Both the position numbers and the translations under genes were made by a program. A DNA stretch of 62,003 bases, the filler included, from Basidiobolus ranarum (Eukaryota): assembly GCA_040143965.1 (NCBI GenBank). It is 2 parts of 2 records of this genome, joined end to end, with 100 filler letters (N's around TTAATTAATTAA, not from the genome) between each part and the next. Parts side by side here need not be neighbours in the genome. Positions count along the whole stretch, not along the records: positions 1 to 30,958 come from JASJQH010006969.1; 1 more part is not named here. The stretch is one strand, 5' to 3'. Each line of letters opens with the position of its first letter. Position 1 is the first letter of the stretch. Below are positions 12,491-23,461 of the stretch, one piece after another. Below the pieces are notes generated by a model. It was given only the letters and a program-made list of their open reading frames with translations. It made no database searches and had not been told where the DNA came from.

Positions 12491-14491
12491 CTAACGACGA
12501 TAGAAATGTCTTCTGAAATGAAAGTGAAGTTGAAGAACACCACGGTCGAAGCTGCTGCGGAATCCTTTCTTGTGTGAATACTCCCATTCTCTGTTGACTA
12601 TACGGAAGGCAATATCCTCATATGGTGGGCCAGCGACGAACCGGATGAAGACCGTCTCTCCATTTACTGCTTCTGGGTCCTTCTCAATCTTATACGTAGG
12701 CGCTTGAGATTTGTCGATTAGATCAGGATAGAAGATGTTGAACTTGTAGCCTTGAACAACTTTAGGTGGTGGGTTATCAACGTCATAATGGGTCTGGTTG
12801 TATTTGTTCCATTCGTAACCAGTATGTACACGATTAAAGAAACGAGGCTTGCGAGGTCGATATTTGTCCTCCCAAAAGTACGTTGTCTTACCTAGGGAAG
12901 CCTCAATGTTGAAGAAGTCTTCATCTGCATCCAGATCTTGTGCTGCCTCCTTTTCATATAATATCCGAGATATCTCAGAGTCAAGGTCAGTTTGCACTGC
13001 CTCAATAGGCTTCCGGATTTTTTCCATCTTACGAGGAAAGAAGTGATTCTTTTGAACTTCCTGGCGTGCTTGACGCAGTTTTTCAAGATCTTCTTCGGGG
13101 TCCAAGATGGGCAATTCACGGTCGTCACGGGGGATATTAATGAATGGCACAGGGCTCATTGCTCTATCATATGGTATTCCTTGCTCCACTTCTACAGCCG
13201 TGACCACAACAGCCTCATCAACTTTCGGTAGCTCTTGCAGTGTCTCTTCAAGCTCATGCTGAACCTTCAAGGCATCCTCTCGCTGCTTATTCCGAAGCTG
13301 CTCAAGTCTCTTTTGGATGATAATTGTGTGCATATTTCTAAGCTTAACCTTGGCTTTCCATACTACTAAGGCCTTAAGGAGCTGCTCCCAGTATTCAGTA
13401 TCTATAGGTTCGTTACTAGAGAGTTTTCGGTTGATCTGTTCTTCGAGAATAGTGAGCTGCTCATAGGTCTTATTAGATAGTAGGTTTGTAATATCATCAG
13501 CTACTGCGTCGGCAATTCCGCTCGAATTGATGGCTTGAGCCCTTAAAGTAGAGAGTTTGTCTTCACAAACAACACTCATTGCCTCCCAAAATTCTATATT
13601 TTTCGGCTTCTTCTCAAGCGTTAAATATAATTGCAAATCATTTTTAAGTTCGACAACGTCCTCGTATTCCAGATCTTCGAAAATCGCATATGGCTCGTCC
13701 ATGCTTATTTCTAAACCAAGGTCTCCGGCTTTATCTCCTTCATCAGCAAGTCGAATATTTATGGCAAGGATATCGATGGGCTTTGCTCTATTTTCTTTGA
13801 TACGAATTTCGGCGCGTAACTTGGCTTGTTCCAAGTGGAACTCGTCTTCTTTGGACTTCCAATCACCCAGAGCTGCTAAATCAGCCTCTCTTTGCAACCT
13901 ATTCTTCTCCTCTTCTCTTAGTTGCATTTCAATCTCTCTCTCAGCACGTCTCTTGTTTAACTTTTCGATTTCGATCTTGGCCTCTTCTTGGCGTTCCCTC
14001 TCACGTCTCTTTATTTCACTCTCTGACAAGCCTAATTTCGAGTCTTTCTCCTTCTTCTTACGCCAAACGAATTTCTGGCCCAGATTGGAATCACCAAAAG
14101 GATTATCCACCTCAGAATACCCGAAATTCTCCGCTATAGCCAAGATTTCACTACGTTTTTCTCTTCTCTTTTTTTCTTTTCTATCTTTTCTTTCTTCTGA
14201 AGTCTCCCTTCTCTTTGATTTTTTTTCCTTGTTTTTTTTGGATTTTTTGGAGCGTTCATCATTTACTGTTGAAGATTTATGTGCTCTTGAACTTCTAGGA
14301 CTTGAAGAGCGACGATCTCTATCACTTGACACCGATCGACTTCTACGACTTCGGCGTGGTGATCGTGACCGTGACCGTGTGGGTGAACGTGTTGTGGAAG
14401 GTTTATTTCTACGATAATCGTCAGGTGAAATATCTCTATCACGTCTTCTTGATTTCCGTACTTGCTCTGGACTAACAGAGCGACGAGGCAT
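12491..14491 (-). CDS. CACTIN: Cactin splicing factor (single exon)
   Basis: RS-rich N-terminus, Cactin_mid (EDEFHLEQAKLRAEIRIKENRAKPIDIL), C-terminal KYRPRKPRFFNRVHTGYEWNKYNQTHYD..AGPPYEDIAFRIV. Confidence 0.96.
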   Translation of the reverse strand: MPRRSVSPEQVRKSRRRDRDISPDDYRRNKPSTTRSPTRSRSRSPRRSRRSRSVSSDRDRRSSSPRSSRAHKSSTVNDERSKKSKKNKEKKSKRRETSEERKDRKEKKRREKRSEILAIAENFGYSEVDNPFGDSNLGQKFVWRKKKEKDSKLGLSESEIKRRERERQEEAKIEIEKLNKRRAEREIEMQLREEEKNRLQREADLAALGDWKSKEDEFHLEQAKLRAEIRIKENRAKPIDILAINIRLADEGDKAGDLGLEISMDEPYAIFEDLEYEDVVELKNDLQLYLTLEKKPKNIEFWEAMSVVCEDKLSTLRAQAINSSGIADAVADDITNLLSNKTYEQLTILEEQINRKLSSNEPIDTEYWEQLLKALVVWKAKVKLRNMHTIIIQKRLEQLRNKQREDALKVQHELEETLQELPKVDEAVVVTAVEVEQGIPYDRAMSPVPFINIPRDDRELPILDPEEDLEKLRQARQEVQKNHFFPRKMEKIRKPIEAVQTDLDSEISRILYEKEAAQDLDADEDFFNIEASLGKTTYFWEDKYRPRKPRFFNRVHTGYEWNKYNQTHYDVDNPPPKVVQGYKFNIFYPDLIDKSQAPTYKIEKDPEAVNGETVFIRFVAGPPYEDIAFRIVNREWEYSHKKGFRSSFDRGVLQLHFHFRRHFYRR

Positions 14492-14926
14492 GGTATATAG
14501 TTTATCTAAAGAGAGTTGAAAGGAGTCAAAGTGAATAGGGAACGAATTTTAGCTTGATTTGATTGAATTTGAATTGAATAAATTTAAATATCATTTCAAT
14601 TTTATTCAATTATTGGATGGGTTCAATGGAAATTTTCGTCGAGTTATTACAATAAATGGATTTATTGTATATTTGAAATCGTATGATGCTTAGAAAATAA
14701 TCATTGCTTTTAAAAACTTCACTCTTTATATCACGAAATATTCGAAATGTAGTGACATTTAAAATGACTTTTAAAGTTTGAGAATTTTTATTTCCATTCT
14801 ATCAGCTGAAGTATAGTTGATGAAAGTTTGAAGATTATTTATTATTGAAGTTTATAGTTTCCATCCTTATACTTTACTATCTCAACAAAATTTTAACATA
14901 TTTAATATATATATGCTAGTGGTTAT

Positions 14927-15252
14927 TGTTGAAATATATTGGGAGTTTGTTGGAAGTGCTTTTTTGAACTAGAAGAATTGGTGGCTTTCACTTATTGATT
15001 TATTGAATAGAAAGTAGACATTTATAGTTTTGTAAGAAGTAGACAAACAAACATGTAGAATGTGTTAAAGAAGGTCCCCGGTACATGTGTTCAAGTTGGG
15101 CTTCTATAATAAGTTCTCAAAATGTATATATCTTCAAACTTCTAAGTAAATTCCTCTTGAGAATAGTGGATGATACCTTAAGGAAATATGGGATAACTAA
15201 ATACTAAGCTATATATGACTATATAAGTGTTTAGGCTATGCTAATTTCAACA
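14927..15252 (-). mobile_element. Solo copia LTR (family of 29339-29686)
   Basis: Reverse complement starts TGTTGAAATTAGCATAGCCTAAACAC and aligns along its length to the LTR at 29339. Termini are TG..CA. Confidence 0.8.
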
Positions 15253-15390
15253 AAAAGCATATTGTCAAAAATTTGGATCTTGTATAAAATAGTAAAGTTT
15301 CCAACAACATAGTATTGCAGTGCAAAAACATATTAGACTCAAAACTGATTAGTAGTAATAAACATAAATATATGTAGTGTTGGCAATAGT

Positions 15391-15716
15391 TTTTAAAGTA
15401 TTTGGGAGCCTGTTGGAAGTGGTTTGGAGAATTAGAGAAATCGGTGGTTTTCACTGATTGATTTATTGAGTATGAAGTTAAAATTTATAGTTTGGTCAAG
15501 ATGTAAGTAAACTAACGTGTAAAATATGCTAAGAACAATTCCAGGAACATATGTGCAAAGTCTGGGGCTTCTAGCACTAGTTGGAAAATTTATATATCTT
15601 CAAACCTCTTAGTAAATTCCTTATGAGAATAATGGGTAATATCTTAGTTCAATATAGGATAACCTAGTACTAAGCTCTGTGTGACTATATAGATGTTTAG
15701 GCAATGCTAATTTCCC
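15391..15716 (-). mobile_element. Second solo copia LTR, ends decayed
   Basis: aaagtatttgggagcctgttggaagtggtttggagaattagagaa is the reverse complement of the 3' end of LTR 29339-29686, and similarity runs to gcaatgctaatttc. Confidence 0.8.
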
Positions 15717-17460
15717 TAATAGTAATGGAATCATCTTCATAATATCCAAGTTGCTATTTGGGCTCTAGTTGAGCTATGTGACAATAGCAAGTTGAAGTGA
15801 ATGAGAAGCTAACATTTGGTGAAGATATTATATGCTTTGACTATTTTAACTTTGATTATTCTATTTTCATATTGAACCAATCCGAGTGTAGAGTTCATTT
15901 TATAAGGTGTGATTCATTAAACTCAAAGCATACAAACATTTTTTCTTAGAAAATTGAATGGAAAGTGTATATGCATGTTGGTAAAATATTTGAGTACCAT
16001 AACATTAATGTGTATTGCTGAAGTAAACAATGCCCAGCAAATATAGGACATATCTGGCATATGCTATGAAAACAGAATTACTGATCATATCCAAAGTTTT
16101 CTATTTCCGATATGTCCAAATCAAATCTACCAAGGATAAATATTTTTCAACTACTCCAGGCACTTCCGGTTGATCTCAAATTCAGAACAATCAGGTTAGA
16201 ATAATCATCTCTCTGGTATAGTGTATCATTGATGTATTGAATATTCTTCAAACATAACAAAGGCCAAATGGGAACATTGGTATTGAAGCTTCATATTTGG
16301 ATGGGATTTTTTTTAAAAAAACAGAAAGAATATATACTCCATACTCCATACTGTATTCTGATATTTCTATGTTTGTAGGGAAGTGTAGTGACGTATATAT
16401 ACTTATAATCAAGCTGTATTAACCTTTGTGTAATTTTAGGGTTAGGGTTAGATATTCAACCGCCTCTGATCATCTCTGACTTGTTTAAATACACTTTATT
16501 AAACTTATCATAATATGAACTTGTTTGAATCTCAGTTCAGTAATCGTTATTGAACAGATGCGAGGTTTAATAGAGAAGTTTATCAGAGAATTCGTTATTT
16601 TTGATAGACCGGAAGTTTCCAGCCAATAAAATTCCATAGAAAGGAATAATATCAGTCAGGAGCATAATCTTTGATGAGATGTGAAATTGATAAGGGACCG
16701 TTACCTATTTCCTCTATTTCAAGTTTCTAATCCTGATTGTCATATTAGTGAGTTTTTTCCTCGATCAATTCTGTGGAGATGATATCATTGATCGTATCAC
16801 CGACTAACCCCCGAAAGCGATCAAAGTATTATCCGCCTTCGGAAATGCAGATATGGTGGCTTAGATTGAAATATATACACCGCTCGTAGCTTGCTATTAT
16901 AGTTGTTCCTTATACGCGGAATTGGCATTTGAAGTGTGACTAAACAACATTTAATCCTGAATTGTTTCATTCTGAAAATACACGTATCTCTCTCTATGCA
17001 CAAGGCGATTCGACTTGATAGAAGGGGCTCACCAACAGAAGATATATGCGCTAAGCCACTGATAAAACGAAGTATATTCACAAGCTTTCATATGAAAGAG
17101 TAGCAGGGTTAGATGAAATTGTAAATACTCCGCTACAAAGACGAGCGCATTTGCTATCAAGCAAAGCATCTAATAGCTTATTGATGCAGCAATGCAGTAC
17201 GCCTTCACATATTTTAAACCAGTACTTGTGACAATTTGGTAACGGTGGCTTAGGAAAAATCTCTAAAAATAACTACCGTCTTTCTTGACAATGTATCAGA
17301 AGCCAAGCAGATCCATCAAATGTTTCATGGTTATCAGTTCGGGTCACTCGGCAAATTTAAAGGTGATCAATAGCAATAGTATCGAGAATGCACAAATCGA
17401 TATTTAGCATTCTGTATTCTGGCAAAAATGGAAGAAATTTGCTTAATTTGTTGTCATATG

Positions 17461-17896
17461 GGAGTCAACTTGAGTCATCTGCTTCAGATCAACTCTGGTT
17501 GGGGCCAAAAAAGAAAAACCTGCATCATACTCGTATTCCAAATAGGCCTATTTAGGAAGGTAAAATCGATTTTTATCCATCATGTGTGTCTATAGATTCA
17601 ACAAATTGGATATATCCGGCCAACCATTCTCTATTTAGTCATCTTAACTCTCGCTTTCACCCCGATCCCTCACCCTCGTGGTCATACGGAGTCAATTGCT
17701 GTTTACTGTTTTCTGTGAGTGGCTAGCGAATTTTCCTTATCACCTTATTATGCTATCTCACATCAATAGATGCTAGCTGTTGTACTTATATATGTATGAC
17801 ATTGGGTTATTCTAACTGCCGTAAGCAAAAGACCCAATCATGTTGAATTCCAATTGGTCATAGTTATAGAAGATGATTCAGTTTTCTATATATAAA
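17461..17896 (+). promoter_or_regulatory. CPA1 promoter with Gcn4/Cpc1 (AP-1) type sites and TATA box
   Basis: TGAGTCAT at 17471, GAGTCA at 17462 and ~17689, TTAGTCAT at ~17635, ATGATTCA at ~17873, TATATATAAA at 17887. Confidence 0.6.
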
Positions 17897-18013
17897 CCCA
17901 GCATTCAAGTGCCATGTAGATTGTCTTTCTCTGAAAACTTCTGATCTTACCAATTCCCTTTAGTCGCAAATTGCGACCGTAAAGAAACAAGCTACTCGAC
18001 CTCTAAGGTTTAT

Positions 18014-18180
18014 ATGTACTGTCACGCCCAGGAAAAAAACTCATCCGATTATATCTCCGACCAAAGTACGTATACATTTCATTTCTTTGTCTACATCCTA
18101 TGGGATGGTAAAGAGTAATTAACTAACAATACTATCGCTTCACCTTTATAGTTTGGAAAGCTCTCGCTCAGACCTGCTAA
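18014..18180 (+). CDS. Arginine attenuator peptide uORF (exons 18014-18065 and 18152-18180), MYCHAQEKNSSDYISDQIWKALAQTC
   Basis: Intron GTACGT..CTAAC..TAG. The spliced peptide matches the N. crassa arg-2 (DYLSDHLWRAL) and yeast CPA1 (DYISDHIWK) attenuators, with D12, Y13 and W19 in register. It ends 128 nt before the CPA1 ATG. Confidence 0.93.
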
Positions 18181-18308
18181 ATTCAATCTAAACTCAAAGA
18201 ACACTGATAATTAACAAGATTTTCCTTCCGTCTAATTTCAACTTTTCAACGTCTAAGAAACTTATCTCTCAACCAAGCAATATAACAATTATTCATTCTA
18301 TCAAAAAA

Positions 18309-19637
18309 ATGTCATTCCTCATTTTTTCCAAGTCTTCTTCCGCTCTCTTTGGTGGACCCAAGATTGCCAGAAACCTATTTGCCATCCGCAAGCTCGCAAC
18401 CGTCTCCGACTCTCCCGTCCATTCTTCTCCATTTGTTCCTCCTGTCACTTCTTCAACTTCATCTCTTGCCGCTTTGAAGTTGAAGTCTGGTCAGATCTTT
18501 AAGGGTACATCATTTGGCGCCTCCAAATCAGCTATTGGGGAAGCAGTTTTTACTACCTCATTAGTTGGTTATCCAGAATCCATGACTGACCCATCATACC
18601 GTGGCCAACTTCTTGTATTTACACAGCCATTGATCGGAAATTACGGTGTTCCCGGTATGGCCAAAGATAAATACGGTCTTCTTAAATACTTTGAATCCGA
18701 GGCAATCCACTGCCGAGGTATTATAGTAAGTGACTATGCTACCAAGTATTCGCACTGGAATGCCGTGGAGTCTCTTGGTGAATGGTGTACTCGCTATAAT
18801 ATTCCAGCTATTAGTGGTGTTGATACCCGTGCCATAGTCCACGTTCTTCGTGACCAAGGTTCTACTTTGGGTCAACTGGCCATTGGGTCTCAGGATATCG
18901 AAGCGCCTGTAACTCAATTCGAGGATCCAAATCAGAGTAATCTCGTTGCGGAAGTTTCCACCAAGGTTCCCATCGAGTTTAATCCAGAGGGCAATCTCAA
19001 GATTGCAGTAGTCGATTGTGGTATTAAGCAAAATATTATCCGTTGTCTGGTTTCTCGTGGTGCACATGTTACCCTTTTGCCTTGGGATTATGATTATAAC
19101 AAGGAGGCCCATAAGTATGATGGTCTATTCATCTCCAATGGCCCCGGGTCACCCACCGCTCTTGGTGCAACTGTAAATCATCTTCGTAATGCCATCAACA
19201 CCTTCAACAAGCCTATCTTTGGTATTTGCATGGGCAATCTGGTTCTGGGACTTGCTGCAGGATTGGATTCATACAAGCTACGATTTGGAAATCGTGGACA
19301 CAACCAGCCCGCTGTGAACGTGGTTAATGGCCAATGTGTGATCACTTCTCAGAATCATGGCTATGCTCTTAAGGATGATAACTTGCCTTTAGGTTGGGAA
19401 AAATATTTCATCAACGCCAATGATGGCTCTAATGAAGGTATCCGTCATTTGACCAAGCCAATTCGTTCAGTACAATTCCATCCTGAAGCTAAGGGTGGAC
19501 CACAAGATACTGAGTACTTGTTCAATGAATTCCTCGATGAGGTTCGTGCTGACAAAATTAAGAGACATGGAGCTGATTACATTGTCGAAGAAACAATCCC
19601 TACCCAAAGAGAAAGAATCGCAGTGGCAGTCGCTTAA
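18309..19637 (+). CDS. CPA1: Arginine-specific carbamoyl-phosphate synthase small (glutaminase) subunit
   Basis: Mitochondrial presequence, GEAVFTTSLVGYPESMTDPSY, SNGPG, GICMG catalytic Cys, SQNHGY, QFHPE. Confidence 0.97.
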   Translation: MSFLIFSKSSSALFGGPKIARNLFAIRKLATVSDSPVHSSPFVPPVTSSTSSLAALKLKSGQIFKGTSFGASKSAIGEAVFTTSLVGYPESMTDPSYRGQLLVFTQPLIGNYGVPGMAKDKYGLLKYFESEAIHCRGIIVSDYATKYSHWNAVESLGEWCTRYNIPAISGVDTRAIVHVLRDQGSTLGQLAIGSQDIEAPVTQFEDPNQSNLVAEVSTKVPIEFNPEGNLKIAVVDCGIKQNIIRCLVSRGAHVTLLPWDYDYNKEAHKYDGLFISNGPGSPTALGATVNHLRNAINTFNKPIFGICMGNLVLGLAAGLDSYKLRFGNRGHNQPAVNVVNGQCVITSQNHGYALKDDNLPLGWEKYFINANDGSNEGIRHLTKPIRSVQFHPEAKGGPQDTEYLFNEFLDEVRADKIKRHGADYIVEETIPTQRERIAVAVA

Positions 19638-20093
19638 AAGTGATGGAACCCTTTATTTGTCTTCAGAAAATGACTAATATTATCTGCTTGCTATTTACTC
19701 AACCATCTCATAATAATTTGTATATTTGTTAAAACAATTTATATTATCCAAGGAAATCTTATCTCAAAAGCCAAGAAACATCATCAATAAATATCGTTGA
19801 AAGTTGAAACAGTTCTCCGTTGATAAGTTGCATTTAGCTTGGTGACAAAATCATAAATTCAGTTGTACTTACCTTCCAAACGTCACCTTGACACCATTCA
19901 TTCTTATCTAGATAGACACGCACACCCACAGAATACCCAATAAACACACGTTTAAATAAATAGTCAGAGTCGGTTCAATATATTCATTTATTTTTATATA
20001 TATATATTTGGTTGGGGTGACCTCTTAAATTTAATTATCGATAGAGTAAATATGTAGCGATGTTAAAACATCGAAGATGAGAATTCCACTTGA

Positions 20094-23001
20094 TTATAAT
20101 TCATCATGATCTGGAGATTCTGTTTCCACTACAGGTTCGGAGGATTCCGTATTTGTTGGAGACTCGGAAGCCGATGGGGCATCGGTATTAATTGAGGGAG
20201 TGGTATACGAAGCAGATTCTTCAGTGGAGTTAGATGCAGCAGTTGAAGTAGTAGTGGCAGTGGCAGTGGTGGTAGTAGCAGACTTTTGAGCTTGCTTCTT
20301 GGCGATTTCTACTTTGTGAACAAGTCCAATTAAATCCAAATGGAACTTTTGATTTCTAGCCTCTAGATCCTTTGAAAGCACTACAGGGGTTTCATAAAGT
20401 GGAACCTTGGATTGGATTTCGATTTGTTCATCTAACCATTTCTTAGTTTCCGAACTCTTTTCCAAGACTTCGTTCAGTAATTTCTCAAGTACTGGAGATT
20501 CGATCTCGGTGAAATTGGCACGAGTACCTTCGGCATAATCGATAGCGTATTGTAGCGAATCTTGGATGGTTTGGAATAAATCTCCACGTTTACTAAATTC
20601 CTTTTGTCTATCATGAATTGGCAGATAAAGGATCTCAAGCTCTTGGTATTTCTTTTGGAAGTTTTCGGTTGTACCATCTTCCTCGTTTTCCCAGAGCCAC
20701 TCAGAAGCTTCACTAACGGTACTTTGGAGATTATTACGTTGCTCTTCAGTGCTGACCTTCACGACCAATTCCTTCTCAAGGAAATCGGGAACTGAGTAGA
20801 TAAATGACTCGAGTTTGTTCCTGGATTCTTCGCGTTCTCTTCTAATAGCATCTTCACCATCCATCACCTTGATTCTTGCGATAGCTTCTCTCTTGGAGTC
20901 AATATCCATGGGTTTAATGCTCAGGTGTTCAATTTTCATATCGAGTTTGATAGTTTCAGTTTTAAGGCCATCAGTAGCGCCATCAGTAGCGGTGCTGTTG
21001 AATTGAGTTCCATTATCTTTGGAAGCAATACCATCAGAATCTACGGTTTTGGTATCCGCTTCAGATTTCTCGTCAGACTCTTGGGCTGCTTCTCCTTTGA
21101 TGAATGAAAGCATACGATCTTTTAAAGATGCCTTCTTTTGCTCCTCTGACAAATTGGTGCTAGTTTCTACGGTGGCGATAGCATCGGTGATAGTCAAAAT
21201 ACCGGACTTGTTTAATCTCAAAGAGACTTGTACCTTTGGCTTACTGACCGAAGTTTCTTCAAGAGCTTTGAGACCCTTGGTTAATCCTCCAACATGAACT
21301 TTGACCATCTCTTTAGGCCCAAAGCCTTGTTCGTAATTTTCCTTCAATTTACCATATTGTACTTCAAATTGGAAATCGCTATTACGATTGAAGTTCATGA
21401 TCTTCTTTACGTTAAGGGGGGAGAATTCCTTGAATAAAGTGGTTCGGATTTGTTTGGTGGCTTGTTTGCTATCTTTAGGCTCGGAAGAGTAAGTGACATC
21501 CACTGGGAAAGTGGTGATATCTTTTAGTTGGATATCTCTAACTTTAAATTGGCGACTCATTCCAGCTCCACGGAAAGCAGCTCCCAAAACAGCTGCCTCA
21601 TCACCATTTACATTTTTGGCGATTTTGTTATCACCAATATAATCCTTCAAGATGGATTGGATTTTAGGTATACGAACACTACCTCCAACAAGGACCAAGG
21701 AACTGATATCGGATTTAGAGAGACCAGCTTGAGTTAACACAGATGCGATGGGATTAGTGACACGATCAAAGAGATCCAATGAGATGGTTTCGAATTTAGA
21801 ACGAGCAACATGAGTACGGAAATCATGTTCTTCGAAAAGGTTTTCAACCGAAGCGATAGTCTCGGTATTAGCACTAAGGATTTGTTTTACACGAGCTGCT
21901 TCTTTCATCAATCTAGCCATGGCTTTACCAGAATCCTGAATATTATTCTTCACTTTAGAGCCCATCTTTTCGGTAAATTCATGAACCAAATGTTGTTGAA
22001 GTCTATAATCGAATTGATGTCCACCAAGGGTACGATCATAACCGACTGCCTTGACTTCAACTTGGGTAATGGATTTGTTATATTTTCCGACATCTTTAAC
22101 CGATACGGTTCTGAACTCCATAAGACTAGCAACTGTACTTCCAGCACCCATATCGTAAAAGATATGATATTGTGGTTCTTCGGTGAAGGATCTAGACATG
22201 GCATAATTAAGTGCGACTAAAGAAAATAGATGTGAATACAAGTACAAACTAAAATCAAAAGAATCAATGACATACCAGCACTCTCATCATTAATAATTTC
22301 CAAGACATTTAAACCGGCAATATCTGCTGCGTCTAATAATGCTTGTCTTTCAAAACTATTGAAAAATGGGGGGACCTATAAATTAAAAGATATTTAAATT
22401 CCATTGGAATTTTGGAAATTTTAAATTCATTCTGGTAAATACCGTGAGAATTGTATCCTTAATCTTCTCTTGTGCCGTATCTTCGGCAAGTTCTTTGGCA
22501 TGCTTCAGTTGCATACCAATCAATTCCTCTACTGAGTAAATGGTTCCATCCTCGTGCTTAAAGGCAACTGTTCCTCTAAGAGGATTCTTGACCATGGTGC
22601 TCATAAAAGTGTTACGGTAATCTTGGCATATTTCATCTTCGTACACACGACCAACTAGGTTCTTAAGAGCAGGGTAAGTAAGCTTGGGGAAACGTGTACC
22701 CTACATGAACCAAGTTAGTAAAAAAGTATAAAATGAAGGGGATAAAATAACAGTTTCAAAGTACCAAGTTAAGACCATCTACACCATAAATTCTTTCATT
22801 ATTTCTAATGGCAACGACGGATTGAACTTTTCTCTTAGAGTCTCTTCCAAGAACAACATCAATAGGTGTACCGGTTTTCACCAAACCAACTTTGAACCAT
22901 TCTGTTCCATAATCGATGGAGATGACAGTAGCGGTAATCAACTGAGTGAACACGACCAGTGCCAATAAGAAGGTTGTGAATGTGATACGTCTTGAACACA
23001 T
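20094..23001 (-). CDS. LHS1: ER Hsp70-family nucleotide exchange factor GRP170/HYOU1 (4 exons)
   Basis: Signal peptide, SIDYGTEWFKVGLVK, YDMGAGST, LVGGSVRIPKIQ, NGDEAAVLGA, C-terminal HDEL. Confidence 0.95.
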
Positions 23002-23461
23002 TTCCAATATCGCCAACTAGAAAATGAAGGAGAAATAGGTATGCTTTCCAATTCCTTGGCTTTTTGGAAGTATAGAAAACTCGGTTATGCAAAGAGTTTT
23101 TGTTAAATGAAAAGGGATTTTCTAGTTAATAAAGGTAATATATCTTCCCTACAATGTCATTGAGAAACAGTTCGCCTATTAATGCCTCAAGAATGGACCA
23201 GTCATAGATCGACAAATCACAGAATTTCCTAGAAATCCAAATGCCAGTAGTTAATTTGAAAATTGCCTTAACAGGAACCAATTGATTCTAGTAAATTCTT
23301 GCATGCAACTTCGAATGACTAACCATAATGTCAAATCATCTTGCAACACATCGATTTTTAAATCAAAAGTCGATGTGCTATTTCATCATCGACTTTCGTT
23401 GTGAACTAGAAATTTAAATCCTATTTCTTAATGGCTTTATTTGATCTGACAATACGATGCT

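Noticed and set aside
13557-14417. 286-aa plus-strand ORF
   Set aside because: Antisense shadow of the K/R/E-rich cactin CDS, Ser/Phe/Leu-rich with no ATG start.
17914-17919. ATG-TAG minimal uORF upstream of the attenuator
   Set aside because: Only ~18 nt after the TATA box, so probably upstream of or at the TSS. Cannot be supported.
18594-19112. 172-aa minus-strand ORF (similar ones lie over LHS1 and the 4CL-like gene)
   Set aside because: Antisense to well-supported genes.
22453-22462. GTATCCTTAA U12-like donor (similar matches at ~432, ~3436, ~57696)
   Set aside because: On the non-coding strand or outside any gene, with no matching branch site and acceptor.
23347-23377. Hairpin CACATCGATTTT..AAAAGTCGATGTG after the CaMK stop
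   Set aside because: Isolated short inverted repeat with no family or functional evidence.
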